IMG/VR virus record: IMGVR_UViG_3300029992_000006
Location: 1-59,109 of that record
Strand: one strand, 5' to 3'
DNA length: 59,109 nt
From: a virus
Lineage: Duplodnaviria; Caudoviricetes
The stretch's first letter is position 1, and each line of letters begins with the position of its first letter. Made by a program: the position numbers and the translations under genes. Below the pieces are notes generated by a model. The model was given only the letters and a program-made list of their open reading frames with translations. It was not told the origin of the DNA and ran no database searches. This document shows, piece by piece, positions 37,425 to 47,159 of this stretch.

Positions 37425-38639
37425 TTACGCGTTGGGGTTATAGACGTATCCTGTACCGTCCGCGTCCAGCGTGTGGTAGCGGTCGGAGTACACGTGAGCA
37501 CCATTAACGAATGTGCCGTTACCAGATTCATCAAGCGGCTCGGGGATCGCCGAGTTCCACGCCTTGAACGACGATATTCCGGCAAAAGCGTACCCGAACT
37601 TGATGGACGCAGCGACCGAGTTGATCGCGTGCGCGCAGATGCCAGCGGTTGACCGTGACCCTAGCCACGCGGAGTTTGACGTGTAATATGGATAATCGTT
37701 CAGGGTGACAGCGTAGGTATTGCCGGTCGCAGTAAGCACCATCGTATTCTGACCGACGACGATCATTGTGCTGGGAGTTTCCCCGGCAGGCCCTATAGTC
37801 TCCACAGGGAAGCTAAAACCCTGCATGTCGCCGAACTCACTATTCGCTAAAACCCCACCGGGGAAGGTTTGCGTTGCTCCGACGATAGGTACGGTATCGG
37901 CAACAGCTACGCATGCGCCGACGATCCCGGCACCTGTTCCGCCGCAGATAATGCCAGCGCTGGTGACGAGGGCTGGGGCGACGGAGGCCGGAAAATTGAA
38001 TTGTCCATACCCAGCCGCTGCAACCTGGCTTGCTTGTACGGATATAACACCATTGAGAGCGGCGAGGGCGGCTTTGGCATCGGCGGCGCTGACGGCAGCG
38101 GCGGCTACGGCAGCGGTGTAGGCGGCATAGGCGTAGCCGCCGTCGGCGGCGCTGACGGCAGCGGCGGCGGCGGCGGCGGCTACGGCGGCGGCGGCGGCGG
38201 CGACGGCGGCGGGTTCGACGGCGGCTATGTACCCAGCGCCAACTGTGTTGGCCACGTTAAAGACTATCGCCGCCGTGAAATTCGGTGGTAGGGAGCCAAG
38301 ATAAGAGTTCGTTATGCGCGGAGTAGCTCCGAGCTGGTTACTTACGCCAGAATACCCAACTATGCTGAGACCCGCGTAAGTCGATGATAAGGAATTGATC
38401 AGCGTATCCTGCGCCACTCCAGTCGGGTCGCGGCTGAATGGAACTGCTTGGTTACTGCGTATCGCCCAACTGCCTGTAGTGTCGCTCCAGTAGCCGCCGA
38501 GACCTTCAGCGTCCGCACGGTCAAACATGTCAACGGCGAAATCGATCGCAGAACCGGTCGATTTCGCCGCGTTATTCTGCTTCATTATGGACGCGACCAT
38601 CGCCCGAATCTGGTACAGCAGTGTAGTGTCGAAGCTCAT
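37425..38639 (-). CDS. probable structural protein with poly-Ala insert
   Basis: 404 aa; GAGG SD; D.FDRAD...LG motif. Confidence 0.65.
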   Translation of the reverse strand: MSFDTTLLYQIRAMVASIMKQNNAAKSTGSAIDFAVDMFDRADAEGLGGYWSDTTGSWAIRSNQAVPFSRDPTGVAQDTLINSLSSTYAGLSIVGYSGVSNQLGATPRITNSYLGSLPPNFTAAIVFNVANTVGAGYIAAVEPAAVAAAAAAVAAAAAAAAVSAADGGYAYAAYTAAVAAAAVSAADAKAALAALNGVISVQASQVAAAGYGQFNFPASVAPALVTSAGIICGGTGAGIVGACVAVADTVPIVGATQTFPGGVLANSEFGDMQGFSFPVETIGPAGETPSTMIVVGQNTMVLTATGNTYAVTLNDYPYYTSNSAWLGSRSTAGICAHAINSVAASIKFGYAFAGISSFKAWNSAIPEPLDESGNGTFVNGAHVYSDRYHTLDADGTGYVYNPNA

Positions 38640-38758
38640 AATAGTTCCTCGGGTTTAAGGGTGAACCGCCACGGACGTAGGAAGGACACCCGTGGCGGCT
38701 CGGTAGGAGTTTTGCAGGCGACAATGTAAACCCGCTCGCAGCCCACTCCTACTAGGGC

Positions 38759-39562
38759 TTATGCAACCATTTTGAGCGCCGCAGCCGTGGCGTTGTACCC
38801 ATCGGTAAATAACCGCGTGCGGATTTCGGCGCTCATGTTTCTGTCCAGCCCGTTCGCGTAGCCTGTCTCGACGACGGCGTAGCGCGCGCCGTTCTCAGCC
38901 CCCATGCCAACATGGGCATCCTCGTTGGCGTTCAGCAGCATGTTCACGTCCCGCTCAAGCAAGTCGATGTACGAGTCGCCCTTGCCGGTCAGCGGCTTGG
39001 ACTTCGCTACCAGATGAATGCCGAGGCGCGGCACGTCGTCCACGACCAGCTTGTCGGCGGGGATATTGTCGACAAGCCCGCCGTCCTGCAGGAACGTACC
39101 GCCAAATGGCACAGCCTCGTACACCAGCGGGATACATGCCGAGCACCGCGCGGCGAAAGCGATCTGCGTGGCGCCTGTAGTCTTTTGACTGAACTCGAAG
39201 CCGACTTCGTTGCTCGCGTCGGACGCCATGATGGTCAACGGCACCGTCAAATCGTCGAACGTAGCGCCGTTCGTGGTCTTCGTGATCCAGTCGAGCAGGG
39301 TATCGCCCGAGCAGAACCCCTTACCGCCAAGGATCGACAGCACGCTAAACGTCAGCATGTCCGACCAGTCCCGCGTCATGGTCAACGACTTCATTGTGTC
39401 GAGGTCCATGCCGCTCGCCGCCAGCGCAGCGACGATTGAACCACCAGACGTTCCAGCGTATTCAATAGGCGTGAAACCAGCGTCCCGGATAGCCATCAGA
39501 GCGCCGACATGGGCCGGGAATTTAAACCCGGAGCCTGAAAGTGCCAACCGGAGCGCCTTCAT
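38759..39562 (-). CDS. patatin-like phospholipase
   Basis: LSGSG oxyanion loop; GTSGG nucleophile elbow; DGG catalytic Asp. Confidence 0.92.
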   Translation of the reverse strand: MKALRLALSGSGFKFPAHVGALMAIRDAGFTPIEYAGTSGGSIVAALAASGMDLDTMKSLTMTRDWSDMLTFSVLSILGGKGFCSGDTLLDWITKTTNGATFDDLTVPLTIMASDASNEVGFEFSQKTTGATQIAFAARCSACIPLVYEAVPFGGTFLQDGGLVDNIPADKLVVDDVPRLGIHLVAKSKPLTGKGDSYIDLLERDVNMLLNANEDAHVGMGAENGARYAVVETGYANGLDRNMSAEIRTRLFTDGYNATAAALKMVA

Positions 39563-39855
39563 TACGCTGCTGCCTGAACAGGGACAGGGGCAACTGGAAC
39601 TGCGGGAGCTTCCACGGGGGCCGCTGCGATGGACGCACGAACTGCCTGCACGGATGAGACGACGACCGGCAGAGCGTTGGTGATGGCAGTCACGGTTGGG
39701 CTGACCGTACCGGAAATAACCTGCGTAGCAGTCAGGGTTGCGCCGACGATAGACGTTACAGCAGCGGTGTGCGCCAGAGTGTTAGCCTTCGGGAAGATCG
39801 CTTCGAACGCTTCGAGCAGATCAGTGATAAGGGTGAGTGCGGTGATTCCGTTCAT
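39562..39855 (-). CDS. hypothetical amphipathic protein in the lysis region
   Basis: AGGAG before ATG39855. Confidence 0.65.
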   Translation of the reverse strand: MNGITALTLITDLLEAFEAIFPKANTLAHTAAVTSIVGATLTATQVISGTVSPTVTAITNALPVVVSSVQAVRASIAAAPVEAPAVPVAPVPVQAAA

Positions 39856-39865
39856 GGTGGTGCTC

Positions 39866-40060
39866 CTAGTCATTGTAATTACAGGTGGTAAAAGAGACGG
39901 ATTCGATCTCCGACAAGTGCTCCCGGACGGTAAGCTGTCCGCTTTTTGCTGCTGGCATCCCGGACGGCGAGTGCCAGGAATTAATGACAAATTCAGGGTG
40001 ACAGGACACGTCCGCGCACCCGGCGAGACAACAGGCGATGAGGCCGTTAAGGAGCCACAT
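39866..40060 (-). CDS. putative lipoprotein (o-spanin-like)
   Basis: Lipobox LAGC; position after the holin candidate. Confidence 0.5.
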   Translation of the reverse strand: MWLLNGLIACCLAGCADVSCHPEFVINSWHSPSGMPAAKSGQLTVREHLSEIESVSFTTCNYND

Positions 40061-40244
40061 CGCCGTTGGCGTTTTTTGGTGGCTGCATGTCCCGCAGAAC
40101 CAGCCAGATCACCCCGTTCACGACGCTGATCGTGAACGTCACGAAGGCCCCAAGCAGCGACCTATCGACGAAGTAGGCTGTTGCTCCCCAGACGGCATAG
40201 GTGAGTACGCCGATGGCGGTCAGAAGTACGTCTCTCGGGGTCAT
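40047..40244 (-). CDS. putative holin (2 TM)
   Basis: Two hydrophobic segments; ATGA overlap with the endolysin. Confidence 0.55.
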   Translation of the reverse strand: MTPRDVLLTAIGVLTYAVWGATAYFVDRSLLGAFVTFTISVVNGVIWLVLRDMQPPKNANGDVAP

Positions 40245-40678
40245 TTGAACTCTCCAACGTCTGCAGTTCTGCGGTTGAATAGCCCCTGAGAGAAGACGCC
40301 GCCACACTTGTCCCACGACATAAACTGCGCTTTAGCGCCGTCGAAATCACCCGCGTTGAGTAGGCGCAGCAAGGTCGACGACTGGAAATGACCGCTGCCT
40401 TCGTTGAACACGAAGTCCACCAGCGCGTCAAACTCGCCCTGCGTCAACCGCACGAGGGCATGTTCTTTGACCACCCGGACAGCCCACTGAATATTTGTGG
40501 TCAGATCAGCTATCGCTTTCTCCAGCGTGATCGGCACACCCATGACAACATTGTGCGTGTTGCCGTAGCCATCAGTCGGTGTGCCGCCGCCGTCCAGATA
40601 TGGGATCAGCCTGCAGCCCTCGCCGTTTTCGGTAATTTTCAGGCCTGCGCCGTCGTACTGCAGATCGTCGTTGATCAT
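40241..40678 (-). CDS. endolysin, GH24 lysozyme
   Basis: E-x8-D-x5-T triad (EGCRLIPYLDGGGTPT); FDALVDFVFN; STLLR. Confidence 0.92.
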   Translation of the reverse strand: MINDDLQYDGAGLKITENGEGCRLIPYLDGGGTPTDGYGNTHNVVMGVPITLEKAIADLTTNIQWAVRVVKEHALVRLTQGEFDALVDFVFNEGSGHFQSSTLLRLLNAGDFDGAKAQFMSWDKCGGVFSQGLFNRRTADVGEFK

Positions 40679-40686
40679 TTCATCTC

Positions 40687-41064
40687 CTAGTGGATACCAA
40701 AATGGTAGAGCGCTGCTGCTACCGCGCCAGTGAAGCCCGAGGCAAGCAGCATCCTGATTACCTCGCCGATCCAACGGTTGTTGGACTTCAGTGCTTCCTC
40801 CAGGCGAACCTTCTCGGTAGTGATACGCGCGGAGTCCATCGCGTCGTATTTCTCCCACAGCTTGTTCTGCCCTGCCTTCGCCAGAACCATGTCGGCCTCA
40901 AGAAGCGCAATCCGCTGCGTACTCTCGACCAGTTTCTCGTATGAGGCGGCTATTCGCTTGATATCCTCAGATATCCCACCCACGGTGGAACTGAGAGCTT
41001 TTACCCGTTCGTCCAGCCTACCTACTGTTATTTCGTTGCTCTCGGGTACCATACCAACCTCCAT
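40687..41064 (-). CDS. coiled-coil protein with C-terminal TM (holin/antiholin-like)
   Basis: GRLDERV coil; hydrophobic C-terminus; adjacent to the endolysin. Confidence 0.55.
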   Translation of the reverse strand: MEVGMVPESNEITVGRLDERVKALSSTVGGISEDIKRIAASYEKLVESTQRIALLEADMVLAKAGQNKLWEKYDAMDSARITTEKVRLEEALKSNNRWIGEVIRMLLASGFTGAVAAALYHFGIH

Positions 41065-41486
41065 TAAAATTTAAGTCCAAGCCCTGCGTAGGCATTCATC
41101 CGAACCGCGTTAATCTCCAAGCCGAACGACGCGCCCTGCCAGAAAATCCGGTAATCCTGCGGCAGCAGATACGTGATCAGCCCATGGATAAGAGCAGACG
41201 CAATAAAGTAATTTCTTACCCGTACCGCATCTGGGTCGGTGCTACCGAGCCACGGGTTTGTTTCCTGGAAGGCGCAAGTCTCATGGACTGGGCACGCCGA
41301 CCGGATGCTGTTCGTTTGATGGCTGTCGATGACCAGCAGCGCGTCGAACGCCCCCTCCATGATCAGCGTGGTAGGAGACAACGCCGTCTGATCGAACTGA
41401 AACGCATTAGGCGATATGTCGTCAGCGTAGGCCGGTGCGCAGCTCGAAAGAACGAGCAGCGAGAGAGCAGCGAATAGTTTTTTCAT
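41064..41486 (-). CDS. exported/membrane protein
   Basis: Signal or lipobox MKKLFAALSLLVLSSC; ETNPWLG. Confidence 0.65.
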   Translation of the reverse strand: MKKLFAALSLLVLSSCAPAYADDISPNAFQFDQTALSPTTLIMEGAFDALLVIDSHQTNSIRSACPVHETCAFQETNPWLGSTDPDAVRVRNYFIASALIHGLITYLLPQDYRIFWQGASFGLEINAVRMNAYAGLGLKF

Positions 41487-42352
41487 CTTGAGGCTTTCAC
41501 GTTAAGGTATTGGAGAACTACCCAGTCAGTTGCGACGGTCAGGTAGAAGTTGATCTGGAATGTCTTGGCGGCGGTCGTGTCGATAGCGGCGTTGCCGTTC
41601 ACGACTGAACCGTAGTTCGTATTGCTGTTCAGGTAAAACTGACTGTTTGCAACGCCCTGATTGGTCAGCAAGAGCTTGTTCTGCAACGGCGAGATCGTCG
41701 TCTGATGTGTGGAGGTCAGCCCTGTGCCGCCGAACGATGGCTGCAGATATTTGCTGCCGGCACTGGAATAGTTCGTGCCGAGAAAGTCCACGTCGAGTTT
41801 GCCATAGGCCCCCATTACGTTGCCCTGGATGGAGAAGTTCGGGCCTGCGACGTAGGCAGCGGTCGTCTGCGTGAACGCCCCAGCGCCAGTCGTAACCAGC
41901 GTCGGGCTACCAGGGATCGTCGGCACGCCGCTGGTGTAAGTGTTCGAGTAGACGAGGCCGGAGGTCGTACTTGACATGGTCACGTAGTACCAGCCAGCCG
42001 CGCTGCCAGTCCATGCGCCTGCCGGGAAATACTGGTAGCTGGACGCGTAGACGACATCCAGCGCGGTGCCGTAAGTGATCGCGCCGGTCGTTACAGCGAT
42101 GGAGCTGCTAGGCGGGAACACAAACGGAAGCCCACTAGCGTATAAATTCACTTCGCCGTTGACTGGCGACCAGACCGTTCCGTTGCTGCGCCAAGAAGAG
42201 CCATTCGTACCAACATCCGAGACAAACACCTCCGCGCCAGTATTGCCGGCTGCGGGTGCAGGAAGTGTGGCGAACGTGTAGGAGGGGGCGATCACTCCGC
42301 CAGCGGGGGTGATCGTCGACCCGAAGGAAATAGGCCCGTTGAAATCTGTCAT
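41483..42352 (-). CDS. tail fibre/spike-like protein
   Basis: TFATLPAP...VFVSD...W.SNGTVW module; Thr/Gly-rich. Confidence 0.65.
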   Translation of the reverse strand: MTDFNGPISFGSTITPAGGVIAPSYTFATLPAPAAGNTGAEVFVSDVGTNGSSWRSNGTVWSPVNGEVNLYASGLPFVFPPSSSIAVTTGAITYGTALDVVYASSYQYFPAGAWTGSAAGWYYVTMSSTTSGLVYSNTYTSGVPTIPGSPTLVTTGAGAFTQTTAAYVAGPNFSIQGNVMGAYGKLDVDFLGTNYSSAGSKYLQPSFGGTGLTSTHQTTISPLQNKLLLTNQGVANSQFYLNSNTNYGSVVNGNAAIDTTAAKTFQINFYLTVATDWVVLQYLNVKASR

Positions 42353-42356
42353 GGTG

Positions 42357-45350
42357 TTAGCTCCAGTTAGCCAAAATCGTTACGGGGGCGTTCAGGACGA
42401 GGCCGCTGTTGAACACGACCGACCACACGAAACCATCAAAAGACAGCGTGTAGTCAGTAGTGAGCGTCTTGAGAATGCCGTTTGCGTAGACAAAATTAGC
42501 TTGATACCCGAGTGGCAACGGGAATGTCGTTTGCGCTGCTGTCGCAGTGGCACTGACCGGCACCAACGCTCGGCCAAGCGCAAGGCGCGCTTCTTCCGCG
42601 CGCCGCAGCTCGTCGCGCAGCAGGTACGCCGGCTGGTAAAACGCGCCGTTCGTTGCGCCGCCGACCAACACCGCGCCTTGATTTGCGGATAGCGACGTGA
42701 CTGCGCCGCCGATGGATGCCGTGCTGCTCACCTGAACCAGATTGTTAAACGCGGTCACGCCCCACGATGTGCCGACTTGCAGCAGATCGGTGTTTTGGTC
42801 GTAAGCCAGCGCGGTGACGGCTGTGCTTGATCCTGCGAGGGTGCATTGGGCGTTGGGTTGGAATAGCGCGAGTTCGTCTTTGTAGATTTTGCCGATCTGA
42901 TTGGCGCTTGCCGCCGTGGCACCGATACGCCAAAGGGCCATCGACATTTCATAGTTGGTTATATTAAACCCTGAGCCGATCTGGAGTGCGCCGTTCAGGG
43001 TGGCTAGGGAGCCGAGGATGGAAGTCCCGGAGAATACTAGGGAGCCATTTTGATAAATTGAGATAAGGTTGCCTGCGCGGATGACGGCTAGGTGCATCCA
43101 CACCCCGGAGCTATAGGGGAGGAGGCCGGCTTGGCTGCCTTGTATAGATAGAGTTCCAGATGATCCGTACAACAATACCATGGGGGTGAGGGGATAGGTT
43201 GTGCCTCCTGAAGTAACTCTGCCGATTTGTATCCCAAAAGTGTTTGTTCCTATGCAGTTCAATAGAGTTTGCGTCGATCCGGAGACTGTGTTGGACATCG
43301 CCCAACCCATTACGCAGAAGTCGCCTGTCATGTCCAGATTTGCGCTGTATGGTTGAGTGAGGTTATTCGCAGAGCTGAACCCGCTATAGCCGACCAGCCC
43401 CGCGCCCGAAGCAACCGGCGCTTTCGTCAAACTGCCGTTGACGATAATACCGTTGTTTTTAACGCTGCGGTCTGCCTGCGCGAGTTGGCAGGAGATGGAA
43501 TCAAAGTATGCCGTTAGGCTGGCGGTATTTTCATTGTAGTCACAGGTAATAGTGGTAGTCGTTGAGGACGCCACAAACGTCACTGATCCGCTTACTGCCG
43601 TGGCTGATGAAGAATTCAGCGCAAAAGGAGTGCCTGTAGCATCGCAAAATACCCGAATATTTGCAGAACATGTGCCTCGTCTAGCTGTGGCTGACAGCGT
43701 GTACGCTTTTCCCACGACCGTAGTAATTGCCTGGAAAAGTTGGTGTGAGTTAAGGGTGCCGTCTCCAGTAAGTACCAATTCATTTGAGGCAGTGCTTAAT
43801 GTGGAATTATGTGCCGTCCAGCCGGTCGTCGCCGTGAACGGCCCAGGATTCGTCACCAGATTGCCTGATGCCGTGATCGTCTCGACCGCCGTGTCAGCCA
43901 GCCAGCAGCCGCGAATGTCGCCGACCATCCAGCCTGAATTGTAGGCGTTGGTCAGGTAGGCAACCATGCCTAACGATTCAGCAGTTGGGTTCTCTCGTAC
44001 TAATGTAACTTGCGTCGCGCCAGCAAGGGCAATTTGCTTTCCCGCACTTAGGGGTGATCCAGTAGCGCCGACGTTTGGAATAGATGCTTGATTAAGTCCT
44101 GAACCTGTGAAGCCGCTTGTGATGCTTGTTACAGGTAGAGACCTAAAACCCCACTCAGCTCCCCCATACTGGTAATTGAGCCGTCCATTATTGAATGAGG
44201 GGGAGCTGCACGATAAAGTATACGCACCGTTCACCACCACACCTGTATTCTGGATGACGCTGATGCCCCCCGCAGTCGCCACGGCAATCGTCGGGATAGG
44301 CAAGCCGGTAGCCGGATCGAACGGTGCGCCGGGAAGGACTATTGCGGCGATGTCGTTGACGCTCGCATTGACTATTTGCCCGTACTTCGTACCAAAACCT
44401 ACATACGCAAGACCTTGATTGCGTTGAGATATCGTTCCAACCTCCGGCCCCGAGTATGTAAGGCTGGTGTATATGTAATAACCTGAATCAGTAACAAAGT
44501 TGACTAGCACCAATGCTTGATTCGTATTCGATCCGCACCAAAGTTGGCCGTTCACAGCCGCTATACTTGATAGCCCCGTTCGTACCATGTTCGCGTTTGC
44601 TACACCGACAAACACCATCCACATCGGGCAAGAAGGCACCGTCAAGTCATAAACCACAACGCGCCCTGCTTCGGCGATGATCGCAACCTGTTCCGGGAAC
44701 TGCGCCACATTGCCGCGATAAACCTGCGTCTGCGTAGGCGAACCAACCGTGCCGCCGATGGTATAAAACAGTCCGTCAGCCGTGGACTGGTAAAAGTCGC
44801 CAACCGCTGCACCGGATACCGCCCATGCTGCCGCAAGACTGGCACGCTGACCGCGCCATGTGCCGGTGCAAAGCGGCTCGTTCATCCAGCTTGTTTGCTG
44901 ACACCGCCGACGCCATGCTCCGCCGTCAGAATCCTTGCTGGTGTCGTAAATGATCGCTTTGACGATTGCGCCGTAGTGCAGTGACGTTGATACCGGAACG
45001 AGAGACTCCGCCGATGACGCCAACACCGAGGCGTAAGCCGCCGTTATGTCGATGAATACCTGCACCGTACCTGCGGAAAAACTAACGAGCGCCCCTGCGT
45101 TGCTTGAGCCGGTCACGGCGGTGCGGGTCAACGTGTTCCCAGACGTGGTGTAAGTGCCCAGCCCCGTCTCCCAGTTGCCGGTTGGGTTGCCGTTGCTGTC
45201 CACCGCCTGAATAGAGTAGTAGCAAGTGCTGCCCGTCGAGCATACAGAACCGAACGACTGGAACCCGGTCATCGCCCCCGCGAGCGACAGCGGGTTTGTT
45301 CCCGTCACCGTCGCGCTCTCTTTGACGCGATCTGCAATAATCAAGGTCAT
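42357..45350 (-). CDS. tail fibre / receptor-binding protein with LamG-like domain
   Basis: ADRVKE...WETGLGTY N-terminal anchor; WMHLAVIR...IYQNG...LQIG. Confidence 0.8.
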   Translation of the reverse strand: MTLIIADRVKESATVTGTNPLSLAGAMTGFQSFGSVCSTGSTCYYSIQAVDSNGNPTGNWETGLGTYTTSGNTLTRTAVTGSSNAGALVSFSAGTVQVFIDITAAYASVLASSAESLVPVSTSLHYGAIVKAIIYDTSKDSDGGAWRRRCQQTSWMNEPLCTGTWRGQRASLAAAWAVSGAAVGDFYQSTADGLFYTIGGTVGSPTQTQVYRGNVAQFPEQVAIIAEAGRVVVYDLTVPSCPMWMVFVGVANANMVRTGLSSIAAVNGQLWCGSNTNQALVLVNFVTDSGYYIYTSLTYSGPEVGTISQRNQGLAYVGFGTKYGQIVNASVNDIAAIVLPGAPFDPATGLPIPTIAVATAGGISVIQNTGVVVNGAYTLSCSSPSFNNGRLNYQYGGAEWGFRSLPVTSITSGFTGSGLNQASIPNVGATGSPLSAGKQIALAGATQVTLVRENPTAESLGMVAYLTNAYNSGWMVGDIRGCWLADTAVETITASGNLVTNPGPFTATTGWTAHNSTLSTASNELVLTGDGTLNSHQLFQAITTVVGKAYTLSATARRGTCSANIRVFCDATGTPFALNSSSATAVSGSVTFVASSTTTTITCDYNENTASLTAYFDSISCQLAQADRSVKNNGIIVNGSLTKAPVASGAGLVGYSGFSSANNLTQPYSANLDMTGDFCVMGWAMSNTVSGSTQTLLNCIGTNTFGIQIGRVTSGGTTYPLTPMVLLYGSSGTLSIQGSQAGLLPYSSGVWMHLAVIRAGNLISIYQNGSLVFSGTSILGSLATLNGALQIGSGFNITNYEMSMALWRIGATAASANQIGKIYKDELALFQPNAQCTLAGSSTAVTALAYDQNTDLLQVGTSWGVTAFNNLVQVSSTASIGGAVTSLSANQGAVLVGGATNGAFYQPAYLLRDELRRAEEARLALGRALVPVSATATAAQTTFPLPLGYQANFVYANGILKTLTTDYTLSFDGFVWSVVFNSGLVLNAPVTILANWS

Positions 45351-46639
45351 ACGAAGAACTCCTGCACGGTAGGTGCGGTGATGTAAAGGTTGCGTACTAC
45401 GGGGGCGACGACATAGAGTTCTTGGATCAGCCCAGGCTGCTCGGCGGTAATGGTTACGCTCGCAGAGACAGTGCCGACTGCGCCCGTCGCGACGTTTCCA
45501 GCGAGCGCGGTGATCGGTGCGGCAGCGCCTGTGCCGCCAGCGCCGTTGTTCCCTGCCAGCGCTGAAGAAATGGTTGGCGCGGTTAAGCCCGCCGCGCTTG
45601 TGGCAGTAATTCCTGCGAGACTTGCGGCCCGCGCCTGAGTAATAGCGCCGACGCCGCCTGCACCACTTGCGCCGGCGAGCGACGAAGAAATGGTCGGCGT
45701 AATTGAACCGACTGCACTCGTACCAGCCACCCCTGTGGGCGTCAGCGAGGTAGACGATATGGCAGAGCCAACTGCGCCAGTCGCAGCTAGGCCAGTGACA
45801 GCAAAGGTTTTGGAGGGGATAACTGTTCCGACCGCGCCCGCGCCAGCCATACCACTGAGTGCAGCGCCTCCTGGGATGATGACTGCGCCCGTCGCAGCTG
45901 TGCCAGATACGCCGGTAAGTGCTGAGGAGGTAGACGCTGTAGCGGAGCCGACTGCGCCCGTTCCGGCCACGCTGGTTATAGCTGCAATTCTGGACGAGGT
46001 GAGCGATCCAGCCGCCCCCATTCCAGCCACGCCCATAAGCGCAGGAGATGTCGCTATCTGCCCGGTTGCTCCCGCGCCTGCGACGCCCGTGATCGCCGAG
46101 GCCGAAAATACCGAAGCTGTACCTACTGCCCCCGTACCGGCCACACCTGTCAGTGTCGAGGAGATAGACGGAGCCGCTACCCCTACCCCGCCCGTTCCCG
46201 CTACGCCGGTCAGCCCGACAGCAAGGGAAGAAACTGCTGTACCTACTGCCCCCGTACCGGCCACACCTGTCAGTGTCGAGGAGATAGACGGAGCCGCTAC
46301 CCCTACCCCGCCCGTTCCCGCTACGCCGGTCAGCCCGACAGCAAGGGAAGAAACTGCTGCACCTGACGCCCCCGTACCGGCCACACCGCTCACAGCTTGC
46401 GAGTACGCTAACAATCCCGACGCGCCCGTACCGGCAACGCCTGAAATCGTCGGAGCAGTCGTGTGTGTTACGCCACCAGCCCCGCCCGTACCGGCCAGCC
46501 CCGCGAGACCCATCGCCAGCGCGAAGAGAACCGAGCCGACCACGCCGGACATGGAAACACCCGTCAACCCAACGGTGACGTTTCTGTTTCCTGTCTGCCC
46601 CGCGAAAGGGGCGCTTGCGACCGGCGAAAAGCCAAGCAT
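45347..46639 (-). CDS. Gly-repeat filament protein (about 20-aa LTGVAGTGAVG repeats)
   Basis: MLGFSP.A..PFA start; regular repeats. Confidence 0.75.
   Translation of the reverse strand: MLGFSPVASAPFAGQTGNRNVTVGLTGVSMSGVVGSVLFALAMGLAGLAGTGGAGGVTHTTAPTISGVAGTGASGLLAYSQAVSGVAGTGASGAAVSSLAVGLTGVAGTGGVGVAAPSISSTLTGVAGTGAVGTAVSSLAVGLTGVAGTGGVGVAAPSISSTLTGVAGTGAVGTASVFSASAITGVAGAGATGQIATSPALMGVAGMGAAGSLTSSRIAAITSVAGTGAVGSATASTSSALTGVSGTAATGAVIIPGGAALSGMAGAGAVGTVIPSKTFAVTGLAATGAVGSAISSTSLTPTGVAGTSAVGSITPTISSSLAGASGAGGVGAITQARAASLAGITATSAAGLTAPTISSALAGNNGAGGTGAAAPITALAGNVATGAVGTVSASVTITAEQPGLIQELYVVAPVVRNLYITAPTVQEFFV
46116..46359. repeat. perfect 120-bp tandem duplication
   Basis: 46116-46235 identical to 46236-46355. 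Confidence 0.95.
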
Positions 46640-46664
46640 GGCGAGCTACCCCTGACGACGTGGT

Positions 46665-47135
46665 TTAGTTGATTTGAACGAGCGCGTTGCCAGTGGTGTT
46701 CGCTGGCATGGTCAACGTGAATGTGCCAGCAGTCACCGTCTGCGCACCGAACGTGTACACGCCTATCGCCAGCGAGCCGGTCGAAGACGCGTTGTACAGC
46801 AGCACCGTGTCGAACGCGGTAGTCAGAGTCACGGTCGGGTACACAATGGAAGCCGATGGCGTCCACAGCGCACCTGTGCCGGACACTGATGGCGCAGTCG
46901 CATTTGTTACCGTTACGCCGCCTGCGGTGTACCCAGTGCCGGTCACTTCGCCTGTCGTCGAGTACGCCGTAGTAGCCGCGCCCATCGAATTGTTCGTCAC
47001 AAACAGCGCGGCTTTCACCACGTCTGCGGTCGTGACAGTACGCACGCTGTTCGCGGACTGGGTACCGAGAGCGTGGGTGCCTTTCAGAAGCTCAGACTTA
47101 AAACTGGAGGGCATTGCTTGTACGTTGGCCGACAT
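46665..47135 (-). CDS. small structural (fibre/decoration-like) protein
   Basis: SFKSELL; KAALF; GEVTGTGYTAGG; GTFTL. Confidence 0.8.
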   Translation of the reverse strand: MSANVQAMPSSFKSELLKGTHALGTQSANSVRTVTTADVVKAALFVTNNSMGAATTAYSTTGEVTGTGYTAGGVTVTNATAPSVSGTGALWTPSASIVYPTVTLTTAFDTVLLYNASSTGSLAIGVYTFGAQTVTAGTFTLTMPANTTGNALVQIN

Positions 47136-47159
47136 GATGAAACCTCTCTATAAAATTAA

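Noticed and set aside
38666-38698. CCGCCACGG/CCGTGGCGG stem as a terminator or ncRNA
   Set aside because: 15-nt loop, no convincing U-tract, single copy; not enough to call
45690-46655. Long + strand Pro/Thr/Val-rich ORF (and similar ones at 48450 and 52815)
   Set aside because: Antisense to well-supported late genes; expected in GC-rich DNA
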